NCBI GenBank assembly: GCA_964498285.1
Contig: CAZCGN010000001.1
Span: 100,150-164,149 of the forward strand
Reading direction: 5' to 3'
Origin: an uncultured Methanosarcinales archaeon
GTDB lineage: Archaea; Nanobdellota; Nanobdellia; Woesearchaeales; GW2011-AR9
Length of the DNA stretch: 64,000 bases
Shown here piece by piece: positions 1 to 11,036 of this stretch. Within the stretch, counting starts at the first letter, position 1. Every line of letters begins with the position of its first letter. The position numbers and the translations under genes were made by a program. A model generated the notes under the pieces. It was given only the letters and a program-made list of their open reading frames with translations. It had not been told where the DNA came from and did not search any database.

Positions 1-4
1 ACAT

Positions 5-1237
5 ATGAAATACGCACACCTAGCGGATCTTCACCTTGGTTCCTGGAAAGAGCAAGCCATGCGCGATCTTTCAACCAAAACATTTCTTAGAGCAATCGAT
101 ATGTGCATAGAACAACAAGTTGATTTTGTGCTGTTTGCAGGTGATCTTTTCAACACATCCTTACCATCTTTAGATACCCTTAAGATTGTCACTAAAAAAA
201 TCAAAGAATTGCAAGATAAAGAAATTCCTTTGTATGTAATTGCGGGCTCACATGATTTTTCACCATCTGGTAAAACAATGATTGATGTGTTAGAAAATGC
301 AGGCCTTCTCATAAACGTGTGCAAAGGAGAGGTGAATTCTGAAACAAAACAACTTGAACTTAAGTTCACGTATGATGCCAAAACACACGCAAAAATAACA
401 GGGATTATTGGAAGACGTGGTATGCTTGATAGAACATACTATGAAAATCTAAACCGAGCACCATTAGAACAAGAAGAAGGGCACAAGATTTTTATGTTCC
501 ATACAACACTAACAGAACTTAAACCAAAACATTTAGAGATGCTAGATTCGCAACCTGCTTCATTCTTGCCAAAAGGATTCAATTATTATGCAGGAGGACA
601 TATCCATCATAAAACATTAGTACACTTGCCTAACTTAGGACCACTAACATATCCTGGCGCTCTGTTTCCGAATAATTTTGCTGAACTTGAAAAATACTCG
701 CACGGGGGATTTTACATGATTGAAACCGACATGCAAACATCTCAGACAATTGATTGGCTTCCTGTTAAGATTCATGAGCATCTCAGATTAGAACTTGATT
801 GTTCAGCAAAAACGCCAGAAGAAATAACAGAGGAGATTAAAGCTTATTTTGCTCACAAGGATATCAAAAACACCATAATTACACTAAGACTTTTTGGCAC
901 AATAGCAACCGGTAAAACAACCGATATCAAATTTCAGGAGCTTTTCAAAACATTCTACGAAAAAGGTGCGTATATGTGTTTAAAGAATACAACAAAGCTT
1001 GTGAACAAGAATTTTGAAGAGATTAAAGTTTCTTCAATGAACCCTGAGCGAATTGAAGAACTAACTATCCAAGAACATCTTGGTCAATTTACAACATTCA
1101 AAAAAGAAGTTGAACTTGATCTCATACAAATCCTTATTACACAGCTAAATACCACCAAACAAGAAGGAGAAAAGGTTGCCGATTTCGAAAAAAGGGTAAG
1201 TGATGAGATTACAGCAACTCTTTCACACACACACTAA
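5..1237 (+). CDS. mre11: DNA double-strand break repair nuclease Mre11 (SbcD-like metallophosphoesterase)
   Basis: Phosphoesterase motifs ADLHLG, GDLF, GSHD, FH, GGHIH, followed by YPG. Confidence 0.88.
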   Translation: MKYAHLADLHLGSWKEQAMRDLSTKTFLRAIDMCIEQQVDFVLFAGDLFNTSLPSLDTLKIVTKKIKELQDKEIPLYVIAGSHDFSPSGKTMIDVLENAGLLINVCKGEVNSETKQLELKFTYDAKTHAKITGIIGRRGMLDRTYYENLNRAPLEQEEGHKIFMFHTTLTELKPKHLEMLDSQPASFLPKGFNYYAGGHIHHKTLVHLPNLGPLTYPGALFPNNFAELEKYSHGGFYMIETDMQTSQTIDWLPVKIHEHLRLELDCSAKTPEEITEEIKAYFAHKDIKNTIITLRLFGTIATGKTTDIKFQELFKTFYEKGAYMCLKNTTKLVNKNFEEIKVSSMNPERIEELTIQEHLGQFTTFKKEVELDLIQILITQLNTTKQEGEKVADFEKRVSDEITATLSHTH

Positions 1238-2205
1238 TGAAAACAAAAACACTTAGGCAAAGGCGATATGAACGAGGTATGCAGCTTTACCTTTCATCTC
1301 TTTTTCTCTATGCCATCGCGATCCTTGCATTCAACACCATTCCATTTTATACAAATTATTTACAAGAACAAACACAAAAATTCTTACTTCTATTATTTTT
1401 GGGTTACGGTGTTCTTGCTCCAATCTATTATCTTGTAACAACTAAACAAGATTCAACAAATAAAACATTCCTTGTTCTCAATTTCATAGTTCGACTTTTT
1501 AAAAAGAACACACCAATTACAATTACTTTTCAAGAAAAGGTTGCCCTTCTTTTTATTCTTGTCAAACTCTTTTTTCTCCCCCTTATGTTTAACTTTTTTT
1601 TCGGCAACATGGCTGGACTCGAAGGACACCTAACAAATTTCAAACTATTTCCGTTTGCCCTTTTCTTGATATTCACACTTGACACATTGATTTTTGCGTT
1701 TGGGTATACGTTTGAGTTTAAATCACTGAAAAATGTTGTAAAATCGGTTGAGCCAACATTTTTAGGTTGGTTTGTAACACTCATCTGCTATCCTCCATTC
1801 AACGCAATTACAGGAGGGTACATCCCTTGGGGGGCAAACGATTATGCATTCTTTTGGAACGATACTATAACTAACATCGCACGAGGAATTCTCGTTTTCT
1901 TGCTTTTAATATACCTTGCAGCAACCTTTGCACTAGGTCCAAAAGCATCAAACTTAACAAATAGAGGAATTATAACACGATTTCCCTATTCTGTTGTGAG
2001 ACATCCTGCATACATCTCAAAGGTGAGCGTGTGGTGGATAACGCTCCTCCCATTTATTACTTGGCCATTTGCTCTCGGTATGCTTTTTTGGACATTCATT
2101 TACTTTATGCGAGCGATAACTGAAGAAAGACATTTAAGCTCAGATAAAGATTACCTGGAATATAAGAAAAAAGTAAAGTACAAATTCATTCCCTTTGTTT
2201 GGTAA
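1237..2205 (+). CDS. Multi-TM isoprenylcysteine carboxyl methyltransferase/PEMT-like membrane protein
   Basis: About 8 TM helices; C-terminal PYSVVRHPAY...RAITEERHL...YLEYKKKV motif; start overlaps the mre11 stop (TAATG). Confidence 0.7.
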   Translation: MKTKTLRQRRYERGMQLYLSSLFLYAIAILAFNTIPFYTNYLQEQTQKFLLLLFLGYGVLAPIYYLVTTKQDSTNKTFLVLNFIVRLFKKNTPITITFQEKVALLFILVKLFFLPLMFNFFFGNMAGLEGHLTNFKLFPFALFLIFTLDTLIFAFGYTFEFKSLKNVVKSVEPTFLGWFVTLICYPPFNAITGGYIPWGANDYAFFWNDTITNIARGILVFLLLIYLAATFALGPKASNLTNRGIITRFPYSVVRHPAYISKVSVWWITLLPFITWPFALGMLFWTFIYFMRAITEERHLSSDKDYLEYKKKVKYKFIPFVW

Positions 2206-2224
2206 AATAAAAAAATTGGAGAGT

Positions 2225-2665
2225 CTATCTCCTGTTGTTTCTGTTATTACGAACATGCCTGAAGATGCCGAGTGCTACAAGTACCAATCCTGCAATAATC
2301 ACAAGGCCAATCCAAACTCCACTTAGATCAGTTACAACCTCACCTAGCCCTGCAAAGAATCCCATTCCTGCAAGATTTTCAGAAGATGGCGCTGCTGGTT
2401 CTTCTGCAGGCAGAGCTGGTGCAGCCAGATCTTCAGCAACTTCCGGTGCAGTCTCTTCTGCAGGTGCTTCTACAACTTCAGAGGTACTTGGTGGCAAAGA
2501 CCCACCACCTGAGCTTGAGGAACCAGTTGTCCCACCTGAACTCGTTGAACTTGAAGAACTACTACCACTCGCCGTTGCATCTGCAGGTCCAAACGCTGCA
2601 AAGCTCATTGACACTGCAAAAAGTGCAACAATAAAAAAAACCAATAGTTTATTTGTATGTCTCAT
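2225..2665 (-). CDS. Small surface protein: signal peptide, Ser/Gly/Pro/Glu-rich linker, C-terminal TM anchor with basic tail
   Basis: Start re-assigned to MRHTNKLL (ATG at 2665, GGGGA upstream), 1 nt after the stop of the giant gene; hydrophobic N- and C-termini. Confidence 0.7.
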   Translation of the reverse strand: MRHTNKLLVFFIVALFAVSMSFAAFGPADATASGSSSSSSTSSGGTTGSSSSGGGSLPPSTSEVVEAPAEETAPEVAEDLAAPALPAEEPAAPSSENLAGMGFFAGLGEVVTDLSGVWIGLVIIAGLVLVALGIFRHVRNNRNNRR

Positions 2666-2666
2666 T

Positions 2667-5600
2667 TTAACATCCCCACTCCGCTGGGAACCGCCACGTG
2701 CTTGAAGTGGCATCTGTTCCAATCAAGGTTGCACCAGCGGTCTTATCAACACAACTACTCAAGGCTGCATCACATTGCCATAAGGAAGTGCTCGATCCCG
2801 GTATTTGGAATTCAATCAACGTTGGCCTAATTATGTTAATGATCTCTTGACATTTAGTAGCACCAAGACCAACAAAATCACCTTGTGAGGTTGTGTTAAA
2901 ATTCAAATCAGATCCAGCTGTAAAATTCTGGAAAGCTGAGGTCACACTTCCTGTTGCACTTGCATTAATGAAAGTTACACTCCAATTATCTGCTGCTGCA
3001 ACTGTCGGATTACTTACTTTTAGGTCAAATTGACTCATCTGTGTTCTATTAAACTGTGAACCGGCTGCTGCGTTTGCAGTAAGAGAGCTAGTAGTACCAT
3101 CGGGAAAGATAAACACAAAGCTCAAATTTCCAGTAGGGTCCATTGCTGTTTCCCCAGGAAGTGGTGTTGCCTCAAAATTAAAAGTTGTACTACACCCACT
3201 GCACTCCGCAAGATTATCTTTCGTTGTAAAGTTTTCACATCTGCTTACAGCACAGTTCCCACTAATATCACAAACTCGAGTTTTGTAAAAGTAGGTTGTT
3301 GCATTCATAAGACCATTCGCTAGTGCTTCAGGATTGGAAGCATAACTATCTATTGGAGCACTATGCCACAGTTTATACGCTGAAAGTGCCGGATCAACTA
3401 TACCTATATCTCGAACTGTTGCATTAAGTGTTGCACAAGAACTATCATTGTTATAAAACCGTAAAGTTCCATTTGCAGGTTCGTTCGTATCATACTGTAC
3501 AAAAGCGCTCGTTGGAAATGCACTCACTTTTTGCCAGACAACTGATGGTGCCGTTCTATCTGTTGGATCAACCACTAAACTTCCTCCGCAGAAGAACGCA
3601 TCAGATTCACATCCAGGATCATCACAATCAACCAAGTTGTCACCATCATTATCACTACCATCTGCACACAAGAATCCTGCTTCATTTGGAGGAAAACCTT
3701 TCTGCAAAAAGAGTGAACAGTCCGGATCGTTTGATGCTGCAAGACCATCCCCATCCCTATCACCACTTGGTGCGGAACAATCTTCTATTGCAAAGCCGAT
3801 TGCCCCGGGGCTATAATATACTGGGCCGATTGCATCAGATATGAAGCTATCGTTTGTTACAAGGTTACTTACTGTTGAGTAAATTCTAAGGTCAACAGAT
3901 GTGTTAAATTCAGTATAATCAAAAAGTTCACTCTCATCAATTCCTGCCATTCCTCCCCCGATAAGATCACACATAATCTGTGCATTCGTTGTCAAAGGAA
4001 TTGGGGTTGGATACCATACTCCACTCACACACCTGTATGAAACCTTGAGCTCCGAAAGAGAGGAAGTGTATGTTGCTTGATACTTGAAGGAGAATTCATA
4101 TCCTGTTTGCGATGGATCCCCCCGCACAGTACAACTGTTTGTAGTATCCCCATCAGAATCCAAGTACCAAAAGAATGTTCCATTTTGAACACCGGTTCCA
4201 AGACCTCCACCTGAAACTGGAACACCATTACATATGCTACTGTTTGCAAGATTATCTGCAACACCTGTTCCAAGCACTAGCTGGCTTGTTGCATCTCGAA
4301 TTCCAACCGATACTATGTCAAACGTATCCTCAATTGCCGCAACACCAAGGGTTGCATCTCCTGTTGATGCAGACCCTAAGCCCTCAAACGGTTCATTGCC
4401 AATAAAGCTAATGAACGCAGCATCTCCTATCGGATCACACCAACCAGGATTTTCTGTTACTGAGACATTATTTGCAGCATTTGAATCTATAAAATATGTA
4501 CATGTTGCGTTAAGCGCACCATCACAATATGTTTGGTTTCCATCATATTGGTAACATGATCCCCCAAAAGAGTCTGGTTCACATAAACCACTAATAACCT
4601 CACACAAACCGTTTGTACCATCGGAACAAGTAGTATTTGTTTTCGAGAAACAGACCGGTTCACACGCTTGACGGTTAGTATTCCACGCACAGATCTGAGT
4701 TGAAGTAGAGCTAACAGTAACATTTGACTCACATAATGCTTGACTTGTCTGCCTTGTTGTGTTTCCATGACACTCAGAATACATCACAGGCTCACACCAA
4801 GATGGACCACCAGTAATATTCACCCAACCACAACCAGTAGCTGCTAGGCACGCAGTTTCATTTTGTTGTGGGAAACACCCCTCGTCAATAGTATTATTTA
4901 CTTCACAAAAAGAACCTGTTTGAAAGGTACATCCTGTTGTTGCATCACACGCCGTACTGTTAACATCATATTGCCAACATTGTTCTCCAGGGTACCCACA
5001 ATGTCCTGCATTAGCCCCTCCAAATGTTGCTTCAAAATCATCTTGGAGCCAAACGCACCCATTACTCAAGCAAGTAGTATTAATAACATATGATGGACAA
5101 TCACCAAACTGACTACTTAAAGATTCTCCACCACAAAACGCAGAGGTCGCACAGTTTGGATCAAGACAATCTACCTGGCCATCATTATCGTTGTCAATTC
5201 CATCAAAACAATTTTCACCATTATATCCTACTGGCTCACAATATCCGCCTGCCCAGCTACATGCACCAGCACCACCTTCACCATTATTGACACACGTTGA
5301 TTCATCTAAACAACTAAAACAATCATTACCACAATAGGAATCTCCAGCGGAATAACAATAGCCGCCTTGAGGACTGGCAGTATTGTTTTCCCATGCACAA
5401 CTAGCATTACTCGCACTACATTCTGCTTCAGGGCTAGTTAAAAACTGGCACGCTCCGCATTCCCCGCTACAGTCGCCTCCACCATTCGCAATATAATCAT
5501 CATCTGCCCCACACCAACCTAGGCCATTAAGAGAATTAGAATTCTCATCAAACTCACAGAAGCCTAGTGCTGAGTTTTCACAAGCACTTTCTGCCTGGGC

Positions 5601-8600
5601 AGTTGAATTACCCCAATCGGCATTCGCATTATTCTCACAAGCATAGCATGCAGTATCACAATTTCCCCCACCAGCAAAGTTGAATTCACACCAATTATCC
5701 GTTAGGGTTTGTCCATTAACTACAAAATTCTCACTTCTCCACACACCACCAGTAGCTTCACAGGCTGACTCTGTGTTTAAATCATCGAAACTTACATGGC
5801 CACCTCCTGTTCCAAACGCAGCGCCATTAAACCCACACATACTTGCAGCTGCATCCCATGAACAAGGCATGTACCATGGCGAACCAGCTATTTGTTCACA
5901 AAGTGTTTGATTGTTAAAAGAGTTGTAATCTTCGCAATAGTTTGCCCCGGGAGGGGTATCTGCAATAGAATCATAACAGGTGTTCTCAAACGAAGAAGTA
6001 CATGCCCCAGATGACCAACTACAACAGGTTGAAAGGAACGTTGCATCCCCACACAGACCTCTATCAACTATATCAGAACATTGAACGGGAGGCGTCGGCG
6101 CTTCATGCCCATTACAGATTGCTCCAGTCCAAGAACATCCAGTTATGTTCTGGCACACAACATCGGTTGTTGTAAAACCGCAACTCGGGTTACCAAATGA
6201 TGCGCTAAATGTTCCACTATTCTCACAACCCCCTGTGCTGTTAAGAAAACATCCCGGAGAAAGTTGACATTCATCAGAATCAAAATCATTACAATTATCA
6301 CCAAAAAAATCCCCGCCTAGTGGATTACAATAACTAGGGCCCACATCCCAAGTGCACCCTAAGCCATAAAGAGAATTTAAACCACTTTCACAAAATGTCT
6401 GATTAGTACTGTCACCCACCACACAAGAAAGCATTTCACAGAATTGAAAATCAGGGTCAGAATTCTCATCGTTCCAGTTACACTTCCCGTTACAATTGGA
6501 AGCTCCAGATGTTTCACATGCTGCCTGATTTGCATTAGTCGGGCATAGAGTACACCCTGCAAACGAACTTCCTGAACTTTCATCTTGACACGTAGCCGAA
6601 CATCCATCGCCACTTACAGTATTTCCATCATCACACATTTCACCAGTTTGCAGCTGACCGTTTCCACACACTATTGCCAATTCAGTGTACGTAAAATTAA
6701 TATCATTAAACGAAACATTCACTTTAAGAGAATAATTATCTGTAGCACCACCTGGCCCTTCAATACCAATCTGACCCCCAAGAAACACAATATGATTGTC
6801 TGATACAGCTGAGAGATTATATGTAGCAGTGACTTCTGCTCCTTCAAAACTACAAGTCAGCAGATTTGTTTGATTATCGTATGTAAGAAGGAGATTTCCA
6901 GACATATTACCACCCGTAAGACTTGGCGCAACAGTAGTATTCTGCGGAGGACTGCTACTTGCATTATACAGACGAAGTTGATTGTTATTAGTTCGCATGG
7001 AAACTGAACAGTATGGAACATTATTAGTTGATGTTGGTTGTTGTAAACCCAACTGAGCGTGTGCCCAAACACTAGTTAGTGTGCCATTCGAGGTATACGT
7101 ATTGGTTAGATTTTGCATAAAAAGAGCAGCCGTAAGTTCAAATCCTGGCCCACCTGAAAAGTTTTGTACTGTTTGAATGTTTGAGCTTGATGGCCCCGTT
7201 CTATTTACAAGTGTACCGTTTGAGAACTCATACGCAGAATTAGAGTTTATCACTGCCCTTAGATTATTATCTTGAACATCGTAAAACGAAGTATTAATCG
7301 TAGCTAAACCAACATTATCATAAAATGATGGAAGTGGTTGTTGAGGAGGAGAAGGAGGAGTTCCCACTGGCACATAATTGTTGGTATAGTTCCAATTATC
7401 AAATGTTGCATTCACTGTTCCATTCCAGTTGGCAGGAGATCCCGAAGGATTCATACCTGCAACAAGTGCAATATCACTTGATGAAGATAACACTCTTGAA
7501 GCCGAAGTTGTTGAAGTTGCTCCAGCCGAATCTAAAAATGTACATGTAAGCAGATTAGTTACATTATCATATATTAACGTAAATTGTCCTTCAGCGATAG
7601 CCACACTATCGGTGCTAGCAGGTGGCCCTGAAACGTTCCACAACATTAGAGTGATGCTTCCTTCAATCCCAATTTGAAGATTACACCTTACATCCACTGT
7701 ATTCATATTACTTGTGAGATCTGTTCCAATATCTACTCCTGCTGTAAGCGCAGTTGATGCTGCAAGCGTATCATTTGTATTTTGAAATGTTACATTCACA
7801 CCAATACTAAAATTGTTGGCACCAACTGTCCCATAGGAATCGTTAGTATACCTTCGCGCCCAAGGTTGCGTACCTGAGGTGAGCACAGTACCATTTATCA
7901 TAAGATAATTATTAACTACACTCGTGCCCAATTCTGCCCCAGCATTAGGGAGAAGAGTCGTATTCATAGCACTAAAATCTTCATAAAACGAGGAAAGTGG
8001 CACAATTACCGCTGGCGCAGGAGGAGCTGGCAGGCCCACACGAGCACCAGAAGAGTGATTATAATCTAAATTTTCAAAGGTCACATTTGCAGAACCATTA
8101 TAGGAAAATGGACCTTGCGGTTGAAAATAGGTTGTAAGACCAACACTGGTTCCTGCAGGGATTGCATTTCGCCTTGCAGTTCCTGATGCGACTTGACCCC
8201 CAGCTAAGAGAGAGCAATTCCATAATCCAGTTGAGTTTTCATAATCTAACGTGAGGTTACCTTCAAGAGTTGGTGCAAAACCACCAAGAGGAACAACAGT
8301 AGCTGGAGGACCAGACGAGTCATTCAGAAGATTTAGCTGAAACTGTGCGCCATTGTGGACTAGACCACATTGAGTGTAATAATCATCAGCACCAAGGTTA
8401 TAATATTCAATCATTGCCCTCTGGTTGATCGTACCTGTTGCTTCATACGTACCATTAGTAAGCGTGAAATTAACATACACCGTGGTCGACTGATTGTTGT
8501 TTGTTGCAGCAGCCCCCGTATACACCCTATACCCTGTAGCCCCAGTAGCCCCTGCAAGAGTCCCATTAAAAGACCCTTTGTTTGCAATGAGCTCAAAATT

Positions 8601-9599
8601 AATCCCAGCAGACCTCAATACAGCTGAAGTGAAATTACCATCAAGCGCATCATTAAAGTTCTCATAAAGCGAAGCAAGCGGAGCTGCTGGAGCAGCGCAA
8701 GTTCCAGCAGTTGCGAAATTAAAATCATTGTAAGCAGTTAACACAGTTGCATTTGATAAGAGAGAAGGATTACTACCACCAGCCAGATCAATATTCGTAT
8801 AAAACCCTGGACGAATATTTCCATACCCCGAAAGATCAAAGTTCAGCACAGAGCTTGCAAAAGTGCTCGCAGAAGTAAATGAACAATTATATTCCAACGC
8901 AGTTGAATCGTATTTAACCGAAAGGTTACCAAATAAGTCTTGAGCGCCGCCTAAAATAACCACCCCCCAATTACCGCCATCATTGGAATCATTTGAGGGA
9001 AATAACGCAGTGACACCGCCCATGTCATTAGAGAGATACAATGGGCAAACTGAAATAATTTCATCCGCATCTACATCTTGGAGTATTAACCCTGCAGTCA
9101 TGGAATGATTTTTTTCCCCGGTTGCTTCAAATGTAGAAGAAGTATCAGTTAAGTTCAATTCCATTGAAAAATTAAAATCGCCATTAACAGGCATTGTATC
9201 AACCATAAAGAATGCTGCATTTGCACTGACAGTATTATCAGAGAGATTAGTATTAAACAAAGTTCCATTAATTAGAATCTCATTACCAGAAAGGGCCATA
9301 GTTAGACCAATTGGAGGATCAGTAAAATCAGTTTCAAGATCTGCGCTTGGACCACCATCAAAACTATCTGTAAGTCCGGCATTATCGCATGCAAGAATGT
9401 TAACACCCTCACTTGGAACGGCTGCTGTTCCTACAACTGCACCCGTTAAAAGATTAGCTCCACCACTTGTTGCAAAGAATTGCTCAAACAATCCAACATC
9501 TGCTGCTGGTGAAGCTGCATAGAAATTTAACCCAACAATAACAACTAATAACACCAATGATAATGAAAATAACGCTCTCTGTTTCAAATGTACCACCAC
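2667..9599 (-). CDS. Giant (2310 aa) secreted Cys-rich surface glycoprotein / putative adhesin
   Basis: N-terminal signal/TM; four tandem beta-rich modules split by Pro-rich linkers; Myxococcus-type Cys repeat CGNG..CDDGN..DGCS; many CxW repeats; CxDGxDNDxDGxxDC repeats; FN3-like segment; many NxS/T sequons. Confidence 0.75.
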   Translation of the reverse strand: MVVHLKQRALFSLSLVLLVVIVGLNFYAASPAADVGLFEQFFATSGGANLLTGAVVGTAAVPSEGVNILACDNAGLTDSFDGGPSADLETDFTDPPIGLTMALSGNEILINGTLFNTNLSDNTVSANAAFFMVDTMPVNGDFNFSMELNLTDTSSTFEATGEKNHSMTAGLILQDVDADEIISVCPLYLSNDMGGVTALFPSNDSNDGGNWGVVILGGAQDLFGNLSVKYDSTALEYNCSFTSASTFASSVLNFDLSGYGNIRPGFYTNIDLAGGSNPSLLSNATVLTAYNDFNFATAGTCAAPAAPLASLYENFNDALDGNFTSAVLRSAGINFELIANKGSFNGTLAGATGATGYRVYTGAAATNNNQSTTVYVNFTLTNGTYEATGTINQRAMIEYYNLGADDYYTQCGLVHNGAQFQLNLLNDSSGPPATVVPLGGFAPTLEGNLTLDYENSTGLWNCSLLAGGQVASGTARRNAIPAGTSVGLTTYFQPQGPFSYNGSANVTFENLDYNHSSGARVGLPAPPAPAVIVPLSSFYEDFSAMNTTLLPNAGAELGTSVVNNYLMINGTVLTSGTQPWARRYTNDSYGTVGANNFSIGVNVTFQNTNDTLAASTALTAGVDIGTDLTSNMNTVDVRCNLQIGIEGSITLMLWNVSGPPASTDSVAIAEGQFTLIYDNVTNLLTCTFLDSAGATSTTSASRVLSSSSDIALVAGMNPSGSPANWNGTVNATFDNWNYTNNYVPVGTPPSPPQQPLPSFYDNVGLATINTSFYDVQDNNLRAVINSNSAYEFSNGTLVNRTGPSSSNIQTVQNFSGGPGFELTAALFMQNLTNTYTSNGTLTSVWAHAQLGLQQPTSTNNVPYCSVSMRTNNNQLRLYNASSSPPQNTTVAPSLTGGNMSGNLLLTYDNQTNLLTCSFEGAEVTATYNLSAVSDNHIVFLGGQIGIEGPGGATDNYSLKVNVSFNDINFTYTELAIVCGNGQLQTGEMCDDGNTVSGDGCSATCQDESSGSSFAGCTLCPTNANQAACETSGASNCNGKCNWNDENSDPDFQFCEMLSCVVGDSTNQTFCESGLNSLYGLGCTWDVGPSYCNPLGGDFFGDNCNDFDSDECQLSPGCFLNSTGGCENSGTFSASFGNPSCGFTTTDVVCQNITGCSWTGAICNGHEAPTPPVQCSDIVDRGLCGDATFLSTCCSWSSGACTSSFENTCYDSIADTPPGANYCEDYNSFNNQTLCEQIAGSPWYMPCSWDAAASMCGFNGAAFGTGGGHVSFDDLNTESACEATGGVWRSENFVVNGQTLTDNWCEFNFAGGGNCDTACYACENNANADWGNSTAQAESACENSALGFCEFDENSNSLNGLGWCGADDDYIANGGGDCSGECGACQFLTSPEAECSASNASCAWENNTASPQGGYCYSAGDSYCGNDCFSCLDESTCVNNGEGGAGACSWAGGYCEPVGYNGENCFDGIDNDNDGQVDCLDPNCATSAFCGGESLSSQFGDCPSYVINTTCLSNGCVWLQDDFEATFGGANAGHCGYPGEQCWQYDVNSTACDATTGCTFQTGSFCEVNNTIDEGCFPQQNETACLAATGCGWVNITGGPSWCEPVMYSECHGNTTRQTSQALCESNVTVSSTSTQICAWNTNRQACEPVCFSKTNTTCSDGTNGLCEVISGLCEPDSFGGSCYQYDGNQTYCDGALNATCTYFIDSNAANNVSVTENPGWCDPIGDAAFISFIGNEPFEGLGSASTGDATLGVAAIEDTFDIVSVGIRDATSQLVLGTGVADNLANSSICNGVPVSGGGLGTGVQNGTFFWYLDSDGDTTNSCTVRGDPSQTGYEFSFKYQATYTSSLSELKVSYRCVSGVWYPTPIPLTTNAQIMCDLIGGGMAGIDESELFDYTEFNTSVDLRIYSTVSNLVTNDSFISDAIGPVYYSPGAIGFAIEDCSAPSGDRDGDGLAASNDPDCSLFLQKGFPPNEAGFLCADGSDNDGDNLVDCDDPGCESDAFFCGGSLVVDPTDRTAPSVVWQKVSAFPTSAFVQYDTNEPANGTLRFYNNDSSCATLNATVRDIGIVDPALSAYKLWHSAPIDSYASNPEALANGLMNATTYFYKTRVCDISGNCAVSRCENFTTKDNLAECSGCSTTFNFEATPLPGETAMDPTGNLSFVFIFPDGTTSSLTANAAAGSQFNRTQMSQFDLKVSNPTVAAADNWSVTFINASATGSVTSAFQNFTAGSDLNFNTTSQGDFVGLGATKCQEIINIIRPTLIEFQIPGSSTSLWQCDAALSSCVDKTAGATLIGTDATSSTWRFPAEWGC

Positions 9600-9788
9600 T
9601 CACCCTTTCTTTAACTACTTCGAATCATCAAGTAGATACTTTAGAGATAAAAAAGAGGTATTTAAAGCTTTCTTTTTTGAACAGAGGTATAGAACAGTAT
9701 TCTAGTGAGAAAAAGTGCATGTAACAGAGTGTTACAACATACACAAAACAAAATCTATATAAGAAAGCTATACGATACAAGTGACATA

Positions 9789-11036
9789 ATGAAAAAATAT
9801 TTTACATTAGAAACGCTTGCACTCCAAAACAAAACGGTTTTATTACGTACAGATTATAATGTTCCAATACAACAAGGAATTGTTCAAGATACACGAAAAA
9901 TCAAAGAATCGCTTCACACGATACAAGATCTTCTCAAAAGACATTGTACTATTGTAATTGCAACACACATCGGAAGACCAAATGGAAAACATGTACCTCA
10001 GCTGTCTGCAAAACCAGTTGCTAAATCATTGCAAAAATTCTTACCACAAGTAAAAGTTCTTACGCTTGATGAAAGCATCGGTGCTGAAATAAAAGAGACT
10101 ATACAAACTGTTGCTAAGAAAAATGCGCATGTCTTTGCCCAAAACCTAGCACAAAAGCCAACAATCATCATGCTTGAAAATCTCCGATTCTACAAGGAAG
10201 AAGAGGAAAATGACAGTGCATTTGCACATTCATTAGCAAACCTTGCAGAATTGTATGTAAATGATGCGTTTGCAGATATGCACCGAAAGCATGCATCAAT
10301 ATGTGCAATCACACAATTTCTCCCATCTGCAGCTGGATTTTTAGTAGAAACTGAACTTCTTAATCTTAAACAAATTCTTGAACCAAAACGCCCAAGTATA
10401 TGGATTATTGGCGGCGCAAAATTAGATAAAGTGGAACTCTTTACAAACGCATTGCGTAAAGCTGATAAAGTTCTTGTAGGAGGAGCGCTCGCATTCTCAT
10501 TTCTTAAAGGTCAAGGCAAAGAAGTAGGTCACTCAAAAATTAGCCAAGAATCGATTCAAGCAGCTCAGAAAATTCTTACTTCAAAGTTCAAAGAAAAACT
10601 TGTTCTTCCAACTGATGTTGTAACAAGCATTTCAATTTCAGAAAATGCCACCCCAACTATTCGTAGTTATAATGAAATAGAACCAAATGAGATCGGACTT
10701 GATGTAGGTCCGAAAACAATGCAAGTCTTTAAACACCATATTCAAAACGCTCGCACGATCTTGTGGAATGGGCCATTGGGGTACACAGAACTTGATGCAT
10801 TCTCAAAAGGAACAAAAAAACTTATTGATCTTTTAAGTAAATCAAACGCAATTACTATTTGTGGGGGTGGTGAGACAGAACATGCCATTCGAACACTCGG
10901 TAAAAAAACCCAAATTACACATATTTCAACGGGAGGTGGGGCAACATTACATTATCTTACTCATGAAACTTTGCCAGGAATTATCGCACTTGAAAAAGGG
11001 TATTCTCTTTTTAGAAAAAAATTAGTGCGGAATTGA
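9789..11036 (+). CDS. pgk: Phosphoglycerate kinase
   Basis: RTDYNVP, THIGRP, LENLRF, NDAF, GGAK, WNGPLG, HISTGGGA; start taken at MKKYF (9789). Confidence 0.93.
   Translation: MKKYFTLETLALQNKTVLLRTDYNVPIQQGIVQDTRKIKESLHTIQDLLKRHCTIVIATHIGRPNGKHVPQLSAKPVAKSLQKFLPQVKVLTLDESIGAEIKETIQTVAKKNAHVFAQNLAQKPTIIMLENLRFYKEEEENDSAFAHSLANLAELYVNDAFADMHRKHASICAITQFLPSAAGFLVETELLNLKQILEPKRPSIWIIGGAKLDKVELFTNALRKADKVLVGGALAFSFLKGQGKEVGHSKISQESIQAAQKILTSKFKEKLVLPTDVVTSISISENATPTIRSYNEIEPNEIGLDVGPKTMQVFKHHIQNARTILWNGPLGYTELDAFSKGTKKLIDLLSKSNAITICGGGETEHAIRTLGKKTQITHISTGGGATLHYLTHETLPGIIALEKGYSLFRKKLVRN

Noticed and set aside
2225..2722. Programmed frameshift fusing the giant protein to the downstream anchor ORF
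   Set aside because: The small ORF has its own SD-like sequence and signal peptide, and no slippery heptamer is evident in the overlap
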